Below are positions 1 through 14,600 of a stretch of 64,000 bases of DNA, piece by piece (within the stretch, counting starts at the first letter, position 1; every line of letters begins with the position of its first letter). Source of the stretch: Phoronis australis (lineage: Eukaryota; Animalia; Phoronida). The position numbers and the translations under genes are program-made. The notes below the pieces were generated by a model that had not been told where the DNA came from, did no database searches, and was given only the letters and a program-made list of their open reading frames with translations. The stretch spans positions 985,453-1,049,452 of the forward strand of contig NMRA01000090.1 of assembly GCA_002633005.1 (NCBI GenBank), given 5' to 3'.

Positions 1-60
1 TTGGCCACATAGCCTAAATATCTATTAGATACAAAAACTAAGAGGGAACCGAGACGTTAC

Positions 61-214
61 CTTGAGGCTAAATAGCCATCCGACCTCGTGACTGAGAAAG
101 CATGTCGACAACGTGCTGAAAAGCCCGTGATACCTTTTAATTTTATCAAGAGCAGATGACCCAGTGTCTTCCATTAGAGTCATTTGTACACTAACAGTAT
201 TATCGGCCGGGCTA
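61..214 (-). CDS. Possible internal exon of a gene continuing left of the window
   Basis: CTGCAG acceptor, open frame SPADNTVSV...HEVGWLFSLK, AAG|GTAACG donor. No recognisable homology. Confidence 0.3.
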
Positions 215-3200
215 CTGCAGTACATATATGGTCGAAAATACAGTTTCATGTTTTATTAAGAAGTTTCCATCACTTAGAGCGAGTAGGTTCACTTGGATTA
301 GGCCCTACGTGACTAGTTTCGACACGTAACGTGAGTGCGGTGCGCATGCGACGAGAACGAGAATTCATCGGTATAAGCAGGATACCAAGAATGGATGGAA
401 CCGTGAAATGGAGGGAAGTTGGCCTCGGAGGGGAAGTTGGCCAAGTAAAAGTTCTAATTTCTTCCTGGTGTTAGTTACATGGCGCTCGAGGCCTTTTCTC
501 AAAACCCCTCGCTTTCTATGAAAGGATGCATTTTCCGATTTAATTCCTTGCAGAGATTCACGACATCTGAGTTCGAAATCCTAGAGAAAAGGTTCCTTTC
601 CAACTATAAAATATAAAATATAAAAAGGGTTATTGATGTTAATTACCGGCATGGTATCCATTGAACTATCGGTTGCAAAAATATGCACTCATTTTTGCCA
701 TCTCTTGTCGTGCTGTTTCAGGCTTAATTCGAGAATTTCCACAAAAGGGTGGTGCATGCTTAAAGATCAAAATACCATTAACGTTGACATCGTTTCTGTG
801 GAATTTCCTTATCAATGGGTTTCTTCTCGTGTCCACCACAGCGCTAAATTGGTGGATATTTCACATTTCAAAGTTCACCCTCGTCAAAATGTACCCGAGT
901 AGGCCTACCCCCTAAGATAGCAGAATGGGATCGCTGGCGGGGAAGGCAACTTCAGACGACGAGTTTTCATTGTGTTGTAATCCATTGGGGCAAGTAAATA
1001 GAACAGACTATACACATGTACATGGACTTATGTTCGTTTACATGGGTTGACGCCACAAATTCTGACAGATGTTTTTGTACTGATTGTAAGGAGTCGCGCG
1101 ATAGAAGTTAAGTACATTTGTCTATGTAGTATACTGACACCGGGTTATCGGCTGGAACTAAAACTTTTGCCGTACGGTAACTATCCATATAGGTCTCGTA
1201 TGAGGCCCTACGGTGTTTTAACCGGGCAGCACAGCAATGGGTTAACTGGTTTTATGTGCATATAAATCAACGCAATGATGGAATCACCACCTAAAATCAT
1301 TATTTGTAGTTTATGTGACGCCGATGATATTGCGTGGTATAACGATGGCAAGTCTGTGACCCTGCATAAATATGGGATACGTAACGTATAAATTTTCAAG
1401 ATATCAAAACAAAAACTCACCTGGAGATATATTTGGATATCCCGTTCATCAACATTCACACGTCGTAAGTGACCGAACCCAATCTGTTTTCATGGTGTCG
1501 CTTCGTTGCCGGTGCGCTGAACAACTGATGCGCTTAGATCAACGGTAGTCAGCGCCACGCGAGATGGAGACGGAACACTAATGACGTCACGCTAACATGA
1601 GGTTCGACAGTCAAACAAGGGTAGCTATCGACTCAAGAAATTATCGAATGACTGCGTCTTTGAAGTGCTACTTGTTTTCTCAGAATCAAACCTGCTTTTC
1701 CTACGGAGCATTGGAAAGATGTCAATAAAAACTTGTGAACCTATTCACATCGATAATATTTTTCGTCGAGTTTGTCATAATCGAATTACATGCTTAACGA
1801 TTCAAATGGGCTAAACTCTTAAAAACTAGAACACGCGGGAAATCAAGTAAAAAGATTTACTCACAGAAAGTTACACTGAATTCTTGGGAAATTCACTTCA
1901 TTGTGGTCGGTGTTCAAAAGCGCCGGGGAGATGCTGGTGATCCAGCGGAGCCCCTATATTGATGTACATGTAGGATGCCCCTGTAATAGCTTGTGCTCTA
2001 GTGACTGGGTTCCCCACATAGTCCTCGCTCAAAAGATATTGAAACGAAGATGGAAAGCAAAGCATGGGTCCTACCTCGAGGACACGCCCTTCTCAACACT
2101 CCCGAAATCTAAAGTTTGCACTTATATAACTATCTTGGCTTTCAAGCCCGGGCCGTGTGCTTGAACTGGTAGGGTAGACAAAAAGGATGTAGTCTGACAA
2201 CGTCCCCGCAAAACGATAGATTTTTGCACACACATTACACCGAGCATTATTTGACATCTATATGTAGGAGAGAGCGGGGATATTTGAAATGCCATGCTGT
2301 AAGTTGTAACACTCGCCATTTGTCTGAATCTCTGATGACAGTGTCATCCCTCGAGCATCTTATACCGGTATAGAATCGTAACGCGGGATTTCGCATAAAA
2401 CGCGTGGAGCCCAGCTGCTTCGATGTTAAGTCCAAATAACTTATTGTTGACCCCTCAGATAAATAACATGTTTGTCCATGATTCAAATATGCTATGATTA
2501 ATTTCGGAAAGTAATATTTTATGTATAAGAGTCTTGTTAATGCAAATCACATTTCTTTCATTCCGTAACACTTTCTAAACAGCAGTAGAAGTCACAAATT
2601 AATTAGGACAAGTTGCAGTGGGTTACAACTGAGCTTACTCCACCTGGCAAAGACCGTGCACTATAGGTAAAATATGATAAACGTTGTGTGCGAGGAGTGG
2701 TACCATTAGATGGCGCTGCTTACCTGGGAAGGCGGGTAGAACTGTGCTGCTGAATTTTGGTGTAAAATATTATTTGTGAGGAAGACGATTACTTCAAATC
2801 AAACCAGTCGAAGGAGGAGTGGACAGGGATTCCGTAGGTGCTAAAGACTGAGTGCGTACATCACCAAAATTAGTGCTTATGTTTTGTACATTCCCGTTGT
2901 GCCGAAACTTCGTTGTACCTAACAACAATTTGTTTTCGATTACTTCGGGCTTGGTTTAAAATTGAAAGGGGTCATTTCAAGTTGAATTTATGAGAATTGT
3001 ATTGTTGCATTGCGAACTTGAACTATAGTCGATTGACAGTGCGAGATAAAGCAACGAGTAAGGACACCTTTGATTTGCTTACGAGTGGTGGCTCATGATA
3101 TTGGCCAGACATCTGTAATAATATGTTTTGTCTTTCCTTTTTGACGGAATATATTTGAACTTTTTGGGCTACAAAATGTAGAACAACCTTCCTGGTGCTT

Positions 3201-5727
3201 CTCTCCAGTGAGACACGCGGAGAGTGAAGCGCTAACTGGTCCATAAGCGATGACCTAGTTTACGCAGAGAACCTGGTGGATGACCTAGTTTACGAATTGC
3301 TGGTAATGGGCGACCTACAACGTGCAATGTACATTGACTCCGCGGCGTCCATTGGATTTGGCTTTCATCGTGTGCGATTCCGCGTGCATAATTATATACT
3401 AAGCTGGAGTAGAACAGAGACTTGCCTTTATGTACTGAGTAATGAACAGGAACTCTAGTGAAACAAATTCTCTGCTGCATCCAGCATCAGAGGCAGACGG
3501 AGATAATCTGTTTATTCTGGCCTCGAAACAGACTTGTGACTCGAATTCACGTAACATTTTCCATTGTACTTTGGTATGAACTCAAGATGTATTGTGATTG
3601 ATGTGAATGGCTGTGTAATCCTGTTTTGTACCAGATGACCTCAGCATTGACGAGCTCGAGTCTGAACTCAGAATTTCGAATTTTTATTCGAAATCTGATT
3701 TTTTACTCAAGTTTGTAGCTGAAACATTGCGGTCTTTAGCTGCGAAGTTGGTCTTACACAGTGTTTTTTGTAACGCGTAAGATGCTCAAAAACCGGCTGT
3801 TGTCATTTGCCGTTGTCCCTTAATAATAAATAAATAATTAGCTTAAGTTCGTGTTTAAGTGTGACACATGATAAACTGGCAAATGTTTTTCCGAGTTCAG
3901 TTTCGAGTAAAAAGAGTAAATCTCGGTTCCAAATTCAGTTATTTGTTTAGATTATCATAAAGCATTATTTGAAGCTCTTAAGAATCTTTAGTGAAATGTT
4001 GATTTATCACTGCTATCAATATGATATCCAGTCCTATGTAACAATGGGTGTACATGTGGTTATTTACAAGTGCAAAGAGGTTTACCATGTGGGAGACACA
4101 TTCAGTAACACTATATTTTCTCTTGCACCGAAATAATGAGCTATTGACAGTGTACACAAAAACCAACAAACGCACATGCAGTATACTGAAAACATTTCAC
4201 TTCTCAGGGGCCAGTTTTATGAAAGTTACTAAGACTTTGGGACAGAAAATTGGTATTACGCTCCCTCTAGTCTGCACAATTGACTAATAAAGGTTTAGTC
4301 AAGCCTGAGTGCATCACACTCTAAACAACTTGAATGCAATACTTTCAATTGTCAGAACAATACAGTTGAGTCTTAATGACTCGGTCAGCTACCAAAAGCA
4401 CACAGCTGATCTCATGAACTACTACAGCAGTTTTGTGTATTTACTCGAATAGGATATTTATACAAAAATCAAAGTTCATGAAACGAAAACTGTAACATCG
4501 ATATTGAACTTTCAAAAGTTGAGCAAATGTATCAGTTGAAATTTGGCCATGCTATTGATAAAGTTGTTTTGCTGCGAATGTTTACCTTTCTTTTTGTTAA
4601 ATTATAATAAACTAAAGACGTAATTTCATGGCCAGATTAAGTTGACGTATTGGTTTAAAGTAAAAAATCAACTTCCTAAAGATTTTCTACGTTCAGAAGA
4701 TACCGCGGGTACAGTATATACTTTCACATAGCTTTGTGGAAATTGGGCTAAATGCACAAAAAATGACGTCATTCATAACCTTAAAATATTCCGACCTACC
4801 CCACAACAATCTCTGAACAACCAGCCCAGCATTTCAATGGATAATTTGCAAAATGGCGATACATGCGTTTAAGGTGCATGTATGTTTTCAGGCTCACAAA
4901 AGAGTCTTGTTGACTCTGTTAGCTACCGCAAGCAAACAACTGGAAAGTGTTCTTCTTAGAACAAAGCTTTAGAGGATGAAGGATACTACTAATATTACTA
5001 ATTCGTCGGTTCTGAAAAACTACATTTCTAGCTCTAAGTACATTGGAGTTCGTCATGTATACGGCGTTGGAAATTTGTATAATTCCATCACACGTGGTGA
5101 ATATCGGGAATTATAGGCGAAGCAAAAGAATTATGACTCAAAATTAAGATAAGACGGGCGTTTAAAATCCTTTAATATCAATTTGTACTTTGCCGTCTTT
5201 TCATAAGTAACTCCTCCAATGCCATTTCGTTCACATCATGCCGGGCTACACGCTATACTACAAGCTTTCTCACATTTCAAACTAAACACCTCAACACGCT
5301 TTTCATAAATTTCATATTGTCCGAGCAAGCACGATTTTTTTTAAACCGCGATAATCGAAATTCGACTGTGACACCAACACACAAGCCGTAATTGGTGTAA
5401 AATGGTAACTGAAGAATGAGACTCGCCAAGACACTGTAAAACAATTTCACAAAAGTGACACTTGGCTGGAAGTAGTTCCCTGTGAGCCTGTGTTTTGATA
5501 AAGCTAGGACCAATATCATATGTATATTACTCCCAGGTTTGAGTAAAGATTACAAAAAGAAGAGAAAAATCCTTGACGTGGGAAAAACAAAAAAGGTCAC
5601 CCTTAGTGATGCTCGATAAAATTCCTGGCTGACTGACAGCCATGAGCTATGATGAGCCCCGTCGCCTAAAGAGATTTTAGCACCCTGCCCGGAATGACGT
5701 AATTCTTTTCATGCCTTCTTGCGTGAT

Positions 5728-6268
5728 AAGTCCCGTCCACACACACACACAGCCTATCCTGGAACACCTTGCACTAGTATGTGACCACAAAAATTACGTC
5801 CACACACACACATATCTAACAACTAGGGTTAGGCGGAAGTTGTCGCTCTGTGCCTAGCAAAGAACGCCTAATGTGAGTATGGCGCTCAAAAGAAAACCCG
5901 TCTGTACGTAACCGCAGCCGACAATTACTGTCACCCTAGCCCGCTTTTGTGGCCACACGGCGATTACAAGTGGCGCAAGTTACCCTAGAACAATTTACCA
6001 CACCTCAATAATGTGGAGTTAGTTGTCACAAGTGGGATAAGTTACGCACTATCGTCCAGACAGAACTCAAACCTAATGACAACTCTTCCAGGAGTAACTT
6101 GTTCTTGAGTCTGTGTGCGTATACTAGGCACTCGTATCTACAGTCTAGGGTTTGTGGACGGCACTTAAAAGTTGTCACGATCGGAAGTGGGAACACTCAA
6201 ACCAAGCGACAACTCTTTCCAGGAACAACTGAACTTTTTCAAGCTAGCTAGTGTGGATGGGGACTTTA
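5728..6268. mobile_element. MITE with terminal inverted repeats (Harbinger-like)
   Basis: AAGTCCCGTCCACAC at the left end and GTGTGGATGGGGACTTT at the right end, with internal GTCCACAC/GTGGAC repeats. Confidence 0.5.
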
Positions 6269-8575
6269 GAAATTATGCAGGGCATAATCATAGAACTTTA
6301 ACCTTAGAATGCATCTTTGATTTCGTCCTGCTGAGGTTGCGCCGTACATGCGTGGCATTTGTTTGAATTTGTTTGTTCCGGTGTTGGTTATTCCTATGGA
6401 ATATACTGTCAATAAAACTTTTTGCAATCAAATTGAATAAAATTCGTATCATCAGAAAGCACTTCATCAGCTCTTGATAGTGTATGATTATAGTGGAAAG
6501 AAACAATAAAGAATTTAATTCATAAATAATCATCATTTCCCATACCTGACCAATATATCTTTTAATTCTAGAAAACAAGACCGAAAAATAATAGGGTATA
6601 ATTGTTACATAAAAGGAAAATGAACCAGAGAGGTTATATACATGTAAATAAACCAACAGGGAGATAATTTCAATGATTCACGTAAGATTTTTACCCTCTC
6701 AATACAAAGATTTTAGAATATGGATCCCTCACAGTTGCTGTGAAGAATTTTGGAGGCACTGCTACAAAACATGGGATAAACTAATTACTCCAACTACCTA
6801 TCGGAAATTTGCAGAGAAAGACTTTCTGATAGTTAAAAAAGACCATTGGTAAACATGTATAGTGTAGGTTTGAAATGTTTTTTGGATAGATCATTACATA
6901 ATTAAGTTGCAGTGTTGGACTTTGCGTAGTTGTTTGGAAAAAAACTAATTTCATTAGAAATTAACAATCGGTGGTCGTGACAAATGAAGTGTGTTTTACC
7001 GTAAACAAGAGATAGTGTATTGGGACACGTTTTTAGGATTGTTGTGTTAGTAAAGAAAGTGGACTCTGGAAAATAGCGATATTCATGACAAAGAGACAAA
7101 TGAGCACCTGTAGTTGACAGCATTCGAGAATGAAAAAACGGGACAACTGGACTGAAAAGCGGGAGTCTCAGATAAAAATTAGAGGGGCATCTGGGTCAAT
7201 TCCAAAACGCAAATGTTTGCCACATCCGTGACACAAAAGCGTCCTGGCAGCGTTTTTTTGTCGAACAAGAGACGTTACAACACAAAAGCGCCCGACGGTG
7301 TTTTTTGTTTTTGTAAGTCGAATGGACAATTGAAGGGGCCTGAAAAACTCATGCAGTGCCCCCTTTTGTTTGTTTTAGTCGAATTGGAACAAGTGCTATG
7401 TTGCGTGAGACATTACAGGATATGATAGTATATGTATGTCCACGTCGCAGTGTGTCAAAAAGCGAGAAATTTTGTCGGTGTAGTGAGATGATGGGAAGAA
7501 ATTGAAAAAGTCGAGTCCACCAAGAGCGAGACAACTGTCAAGAACAATGTACGTTGTCAGCGACCCAAAGGATTGGATTTTTTGCAAGGTAAACTTCTAA
7601 TTTTTCAAATTATATTTCGCATGTCTGGGTAAATACCACAAGTAACATCCATTGCTCAGAAATAGAACCAGCAAAGAAGAATCTCGGCAACAGGTAAACA
7701 TTGCACAAATGAATTACCGAGAAGCAACTGAACACAGTCATAATTGAGGCCAACACAAACACAAACATACGTCTACGCAATACGAGTACTTTTTTCGAAA
7801 ATCGCGTGAACAAATCTGCTAGTAGGGGTTAAACTTTTCATTAATAATTGCAGAACAAACACACAGAAACCAAATGACTGCTTCATTCCGTAAAAAAAGA
7901 AAAAAATCAGTAGCATACTGTATCATATTTCTAACACCTATGAAAATGACTTGTTGAAGATTTCTAACATGTACATTGATAGGTTGTCGAAAGTGGTTCC
8001 AAAACTGGAGATGAAAATATATCAGAGGCCAGACTCGCTATTCCCGGTATCCGGCCAAAGGCCACGGGTCGGCCCGGGTGCATAAAAGGTAACCAATATA
8101 ATTGTCGGGTTTATTGCCCGGACTTTGCCGGAAGTGCGCAAGCATTATCATGGCGCAGATCGTGAAATCGCTGGTTTCTGAATGTGTAGCTGAGTCAAGA
8201 GTCCCTTGCCTTTGAACACAAATGTCAAAAATTAAAATGAAGCAAAGAATAAAGGCTTGATTTGTGACGACTTCAACACTAGATCAAAGCTGGCCCAAAA
8301 TTCTCATCGGTGCGAGAAGCTCGATCTTACTGCTCACTGAATCAGGGGGTGGCAAGTTCTCGGTCACGTGCAAGAGTTGGCATTCCGGGGCTAGAGTATA
8401 TGATGTAATAAAGGCACGTCACCTCTCAGTTTCACTGCGTGATTAATTGTTCTAAGTTGAGCTCTGATTTTTTAAAAAAAAATAGCAGTTTTGTGATGTT
8501 TCGCCATGTGACACATACAGAACCGATCATGTCGTTGTAAATATTCCGAAATAACCAACAAACATATATCACACT

Positions 8576-8606
8576 ATGCCATACGAAACTGACCCGGGCA
8601 GGGGGG
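8576..8606 (+). CDS. TICAM-like adaptor, putative coding exon 1 (MPYETDPGRG)
   Basis: ATG at 8576 and a strong donor G|GTAAGT at 8607. Phase 1 joins the TT at 17448 to give GTT (Val). Confidence 0.55.
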
Positions 8607-11600
8607 GTAAGTAAAGTCTTGAGTAGGCCTGGGTGGCTACATTCTTCAGAAACTCAGTCGCGACTGAAGCGTAAGATCAAACACACGGCAACTCAGAACT
8701 CACTTAATTGTATGCGGCCGAGAACTAACGCGCGCACGAATTTACTTGCCTCCACGGAAAGCAATCATAAACTACCGGGCACCGTATTCGTTCTCAGTAA
8801 AACCCCGGAGCTGTATTTATCTCATTGTAAAACCCTCTCTCTAGGGGGCGCTCTGCATAACGTATTGCATTTGATTTTGAGAGTATAAAGCTTACGTCTT
8901 CTTTCGGGCGCTGTTATATAGAATGTAGCTGACAGCCTTCATCAAAAACTTCTCTACCATTTATTTACTACAAAGTACAAAGGTAAATAACTTATTGTTT
9001 TGCTGAAGTCTTCGTAAGTAGCATATTCGTTTTTAAGGTTTTGATGGCCGCCGGAAACGGGGAACGTTATGCTGCATTAGTCACTGGGAAAACCCAGGGT
9101 TTTCGGTAGAATCCAAACATTTAGTTTCATTTACTAACTAGGAAAAACCCATTGCAATGCTCCTGTCTTTCCACCATGGCGTTGACATTGAAGGTACGTT
9201 TGTATAAAGCTAATCAAGTTACAGCCGAATTACAGAAGTCACATGTATGTGAATTGAAATAGTTTGTTTTTAAACGACGCAAAAGCCAGGCGACAGGGGA
9301 AACTAATTATAGACGTCATGAGTCACGACAGTTTGAGCCTTCCTTGTTTGCTACCGTTTCGTTACTCGCATCCGTTTTATATCAGTATTTCTCTTCCTGT
9401 TGAAGTCGTCAAATGTCAACCATACTGTGTACAGAGGGGCATACAGCTCAACTTGAGAGGATGATCTCTGTTCTAAAGTGCTGGCTTCGGAGTTCAGTGT
9501 TGTACAGCTGTCTAAACGGTGACCACCGTATCTAGATAGCCGCAGTAGAGATGGTGAAGCTTTTATAGGAGTTTCATATGCCAGAAGATTTTCGGCAAAC
9601 TATGCCTCGCACGGATGTTCTCATAAGATACTTTTGGCGCATAGAGGGATAGACACATTAGGAGGCAGTCAACGTCTTAAATAATTCTTTTGAACTCGAA
9701 CAAATACGCCCAAAATGAAACATTTTCTTCAAGCAGGCCAGTTTTGATACTTGCGTGCAGTCTTAGCGATGACATAGGAGCGCGTGTACTTTAAAATGGC
9801 CTGTTGCCGATTTGAGCAACTGAACGAAGGACTGTTGGAGTTGGAAGGTTCCAAGGTGTCCCTCTATGCGCAAAAGGTACTTACAATAACATGGTTTTGA
9901 TGATTTAATCAGTGTGAGGCATAATTTGCCAAAAAGCTTCCGGCATAGGAGCTTCACCGTGGCCAGCTATAGACGGTGGTCACTGTCTAACAGCTGTCTA
10001 GACAGTGCAGTAGAGATGCCATGATGCTCCCATAGGACCTTCATACAATGGAAGCTTTTCGATGAATTATGCCTCACACTGATTAATCCATCAAAGTCAC
10101 ATTGATATATTATTACCATATGCACATAGAGAGGGACACCTCGGGAGGCCATGGATGTCTTTGATTCCTTCAAACTCGAAAGAATACTCCCGTTATCAAG
10201 CTTTTTTCAAGCAGTCATCATTATGGTATTTCTTTGGCAATAATATCACGTGTGGATGTCCAAGGCGTAGAAGTGATGACCCTGTAATAGGAATTCTGAA
10301 ACTGATTTACCAGGGCATCAGTGACATAAACAAGTACACCCTCGAAAATATGAGTACACTTATAAGTATAATATTGACGTTACTCGTATTATTCGGTAGT
10401 ATTTGAACAGACACAGAGCAGATGTTCTGCGTTTTTCATCACATTTGGCTAGTGTATGTCTGGAAAGAGTGCAGAATATGCTTGTATTGAGCACTGTTTC
10501 TGTTTTAAATTGATTCTAATAAAGAATACTAAACAATATGCAGTCTGGAAACAGTTTCCTTTGAAAAAAAGATTGGAATTGATGGACACACTGACAAAAC
10601 TGCAGTTATCTTCTTTTAATTTTTGTCTTAAAAATGCACTAATTATAGGTCATTGACCAAAATGTTGTTACCTTACTTTTTGTAAGAAAAGTTGTCTGTC
10701 AACAGATGTTATGAGCTATGCAATGCATCGCTGAAATGGAAAGGAATCATCCCAGTGAAAAGGGTTCAATCGATTTATTTTTGATTGATAAAATGAAGGG
10801 TTCAAATTTAGAGCAATCTAAGGGGAAAACTCTACATGTTATATTTTTACTTTTGCTCGTAAGTTTTGAGACAAGAAGCTAAAAATGCTAGCTAGTTCAT
10901 TTTAATGTGTCTTAAACATGTGAAAGTTTTTAACGTCTTTTTGACTTAAGCCAGTACACTGACAAATCTATTTCAATTTCCGTTTTGTCATGAACATAAT
11001 GCAAATTATATAAGTCAGCTGACCAAAAGAAGAAGTTGAATGTGATGTTGGCATAAGAAAACAAGTCTGGCAGCAGACATTGTATCATAGAAAACTGGTA
11101 TGCCACATGGCGAAGTAAATTGCACTGGTAGTCATAGTTAGTAACATTGGAAGGGAAGACAAGTGTTAGTTCTTTATAATTTTCTAATTGTATACCTAGC
11201 AATCTAGCGCAAATCCCAATATTCAAATGAAAATTGAGGTCGCCAAAATTGAACTCTGATCTTGGCCGTTTTTTTTTTGCCAAACAATTCTGTCTTCAGT
11301 CTGTTTACTTTCTCACGTAGTTTAAGTGCTTATTTGATGATATGTGCCAACTAATAGTGAAGGTGGAAAGTGTTGAGTTCACAAAATAATATGAACAGTT
11401 GTGAACCAAAGGTATTGTAATTAAAGTTTGGAAGTCCACACAACTTTTTAAACGGATTTTGCATGAATTATTGTCTGACTTTTATACTTGCTGTGGTGCA
11501 TTCATGGTGACTTGGGATTTTTCCAGGTCGGCAAACACAATCTGAAGTCGTATTGATGAGCTGCAGGTTGCAAAATCGAGCACAGATATTGTAGATAGTC

Positions 11601-14600
11601 TAGCTCATCAATTTCATCCGGGTTCTAATGAGTTATGCATGAAACATCATTCCGGTAGTGACGCTCGTGAACCAGCTTGCCGAAGTCATTCGTGGCCATC
11701 ATTGTTTAAAAGCACATCAGACTGTGTTTGCCACCAGAACTTTAATTTTCAGTCAGTTTGGAGTACTACAGCACCTCTAGTGGCCGTTTTGTGCGATTGT
11801 CCTGTTGTTCAGATGTCTGGTTGATATCTCATAAACCACAAGGGCATGCTAATGGTATTTGAAACAAGGGTATAAGGCATCACTGAGCCAGTGCATGTGA
11901 CTCTCAAATCAACCCTGCCCATCATGGCCAGAAGGGTAGGGCTTAGGAGTGTTTTTGAGCTGAAACGTTTTCGAATATCTGGAGAACGGATGTATAGCTT
12001 TAAGTTAGCTTTGTCTCAATGATTTGTGACGATAATGCATCAGCTCCAGTCAATTTTGAGTGCTCAGATTCGACCTTTGCAGAACCCTTTAGTAGCCTGG
12101 TCTTTATCTATGGGGAGAGAGCTTTTCTGGAGAACCAATTGACCGCTTACACTGAGTCTTTACTTTCACATGTATTTAGTCTTATCAACCAATCATCATT
12201 TTTGGCTTGAGACACTTTTTATGTTTCAGGGACTGTTTGTTTTTCCTCTGAACTGCACTAGTGTCTCCTGTCCTGGCCCACAATGCAATGTGGTTCTCGC
12301 TTTTCACGTGAGTACCTGAGATTATGTTCTTTTTACAACTTTGATTTAATTTAATGTAGAATTTGTCACTTGACACAGACTTATGGTTGCACAATTTAAA
12401 GAATAAACTAAAGAAATGGAAATCATTGTTTTGTTTCTTTATTAGGCCAAAACCCATAATTGGTTCTGGACTGGTTTTTTGAAAATGGAATTGGTGGACC
12501 GGGTTCAGTTGTTTTTTGAGTTGCTCACCATTTCAAGAAGGAAAATCCACGATCAAAAATCATGTGTGATTTTTTCATGCATTACCTTAAGCAAATCAAG
12601 TCTTTTTACCCTTGCTTACGTACCTGGGGGCAGCTTTTGTTTGCTTGTCCGCTGTTATGTGCCCTCGTGTAGTAACACCGTGCAGGATGTTAATGAGATT
12701 TTGCAGAGGTGCTCCTAAAGGTGGATGAGCACAATTTTTGGAACCATATGATGACCACTGCGTCCCCTAGTAGCAATTTTATTTTACATTTCAGTAACTC
12801 AGTAACTATTGTATTCTCGGCATTTTTTCCATGATGAGATTTAATTATTTTTCTAATTGTGTGGAGTAAGGTCATATTTCTTTCTTGAGTCTTTAAGTCT
12901 TTTTCTCTGAGACAGACCCTTGGAGTATCTAACTATGTGTCTGTTACTTCCTTGTAGTCGACTCTGTGCAGCCTGTTGGTGACAATCTTCTAGACAATGA
13001 TGCAGGGTATGCTGTACCTGATCACAGAATGGTGCTTAACTCAGGTGAGTTTCCCTGGTTGGATGATGGAATTCGAATTGGGTGGTCTTAAAGGCGTTAT
13101 ATATCTGCATGTTATTAAGAGATAACATTTGGATTTTTATGTGTCCACATTGCTGTCATTTGTGTTCAGGTGTCCTGTGTCCACTGCTGTATCTCCTGAA
13201 TCCCTTGCCGTGGTAAATTGAGATTTCACAGATGTGCTCTCATCAAAATGACAACAGGACGAAGAATTTTCGAGCCGTCACACTTCTGCTGTGTTCCCTA
13301 TTGGCAATTTTAGTTTTTTACGTTTGTCTCTGTATCGTTGGAGTTCCTTGATGGATGTTCATGAAATCCGATCTTAGATATCTGTTAAGGTGTTGGCGAT
13401 GCCTTCCCATTTTCGGACAGATTAGCCGTATCTTGCTTCACCTAATGACTCTGTTTCTAGGCACCCTGATAAGCAGAGTTCCCTTATGGTTTTTCATGAA
13501 ATTTGGTAAATCAGTCTCTATTATGAAGACAACAATGCTTTGCAATTTTTGAAGAGATTTGATGGATTCTATCTGTGCTGCCTAATGGCCATTTTTATGC
13601 GCCCACATATTTATATGTGGACGCATTATGCCGTCATCTCTGTCCGTCCGTCCGTCCGTCCGTCCGTCCGGGCGGCGTCCGTCCGGCGTCCGGCGTCCGG
13701 CGTCCGCTGCTCTATCTCGAAAACCCTTTGACATACGTTCATGAAATTTGGCACATATGTTCCATTCATGAATGGGACGGCATGTGCGAACTTTCGGACG
13801 GATCCGACTACCGGTGTGCCCCCTAGTGGCAATTTTAGTTTTTTACGCTTACCTTTGTATCTTCAAAAGTATTGAACGGATTTTCATGAAATTTGGTATG
13901 TAGGCACCTATTAGTGAGATGACGCTATCCTACTGTTTTCAGATGGATTCGACGTAGTTTGCGCCACCTAGTGGCCATTTTTACTGTTTTCGAGTCTGTA
14001 TTTTTGCGTCCACCCCTCTATCAACCAAACCGCTCAAAGGATGATTGTGAAAATTGGCGTGTATGTGCTTACTATAAGGAAGACAGCTGACAATGATTTT
14101 CAGACGATTTGGACTACTGTGGCGCCTCCTAGTGGCAGTTTTGTTTTTTTGCGCCCATGGCTGTATCTCCCAAACCGTTTGCAGGATCTTTACTAAATTT
14201 AGCAAGTGTATTTATGTGATGTTGACAACGGACGATGACGACTTTAGGATGATTCTGATTACCGGTATGCCTCTAGTGGCAATTTTAGTATTTGCCTCTA
14301 GTGGCAATTTTAGTATTTTACATTGACCTCTGTATTTTCATAGGTCTTCAGGTGTATACTTTGTGTTACTTCGTGACTGTGAAGGAAAAGTTCCTAGTAG
14401 AAATTTGTTTCTGGCATTCTAATGCTGTGCTAATCTCGTATGTTGGTAAATTTGTTTTTAATTCTATGTTTCTGTGGTGCTTTAAGCAACTGGTGTATAG
14501 GATGTGCTTGTATTATGAAGATTACTCACATTTTGCCCCTAGCCTATTGAGGAGACAATGACCATGCCTTTCCATTTTGCAAAGTATGCCCTCTACTGGC

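Noticed and set aside
1200-1500. Minus-strand exon-like pieces (NVDE, as in pogo DDE) around a 60-nt GT-AG intron
   Set aside because: The spliced frame hits a stop within about 16 codons, and no other transposase motifs are visible.
3249-3458. 16-bp direct repeat GATGACCTAGTTTACG and a short ORF
   Set aside because: Only two copies, the frame is closed just upstream, and there is no splice support or recognisable motif.
13540-13832. Arg/Pro/Ser-rich ORFs (SVRPSVRP)
   Set aside because: Translations of the (GTCC)n microsatellite in the HINE element.
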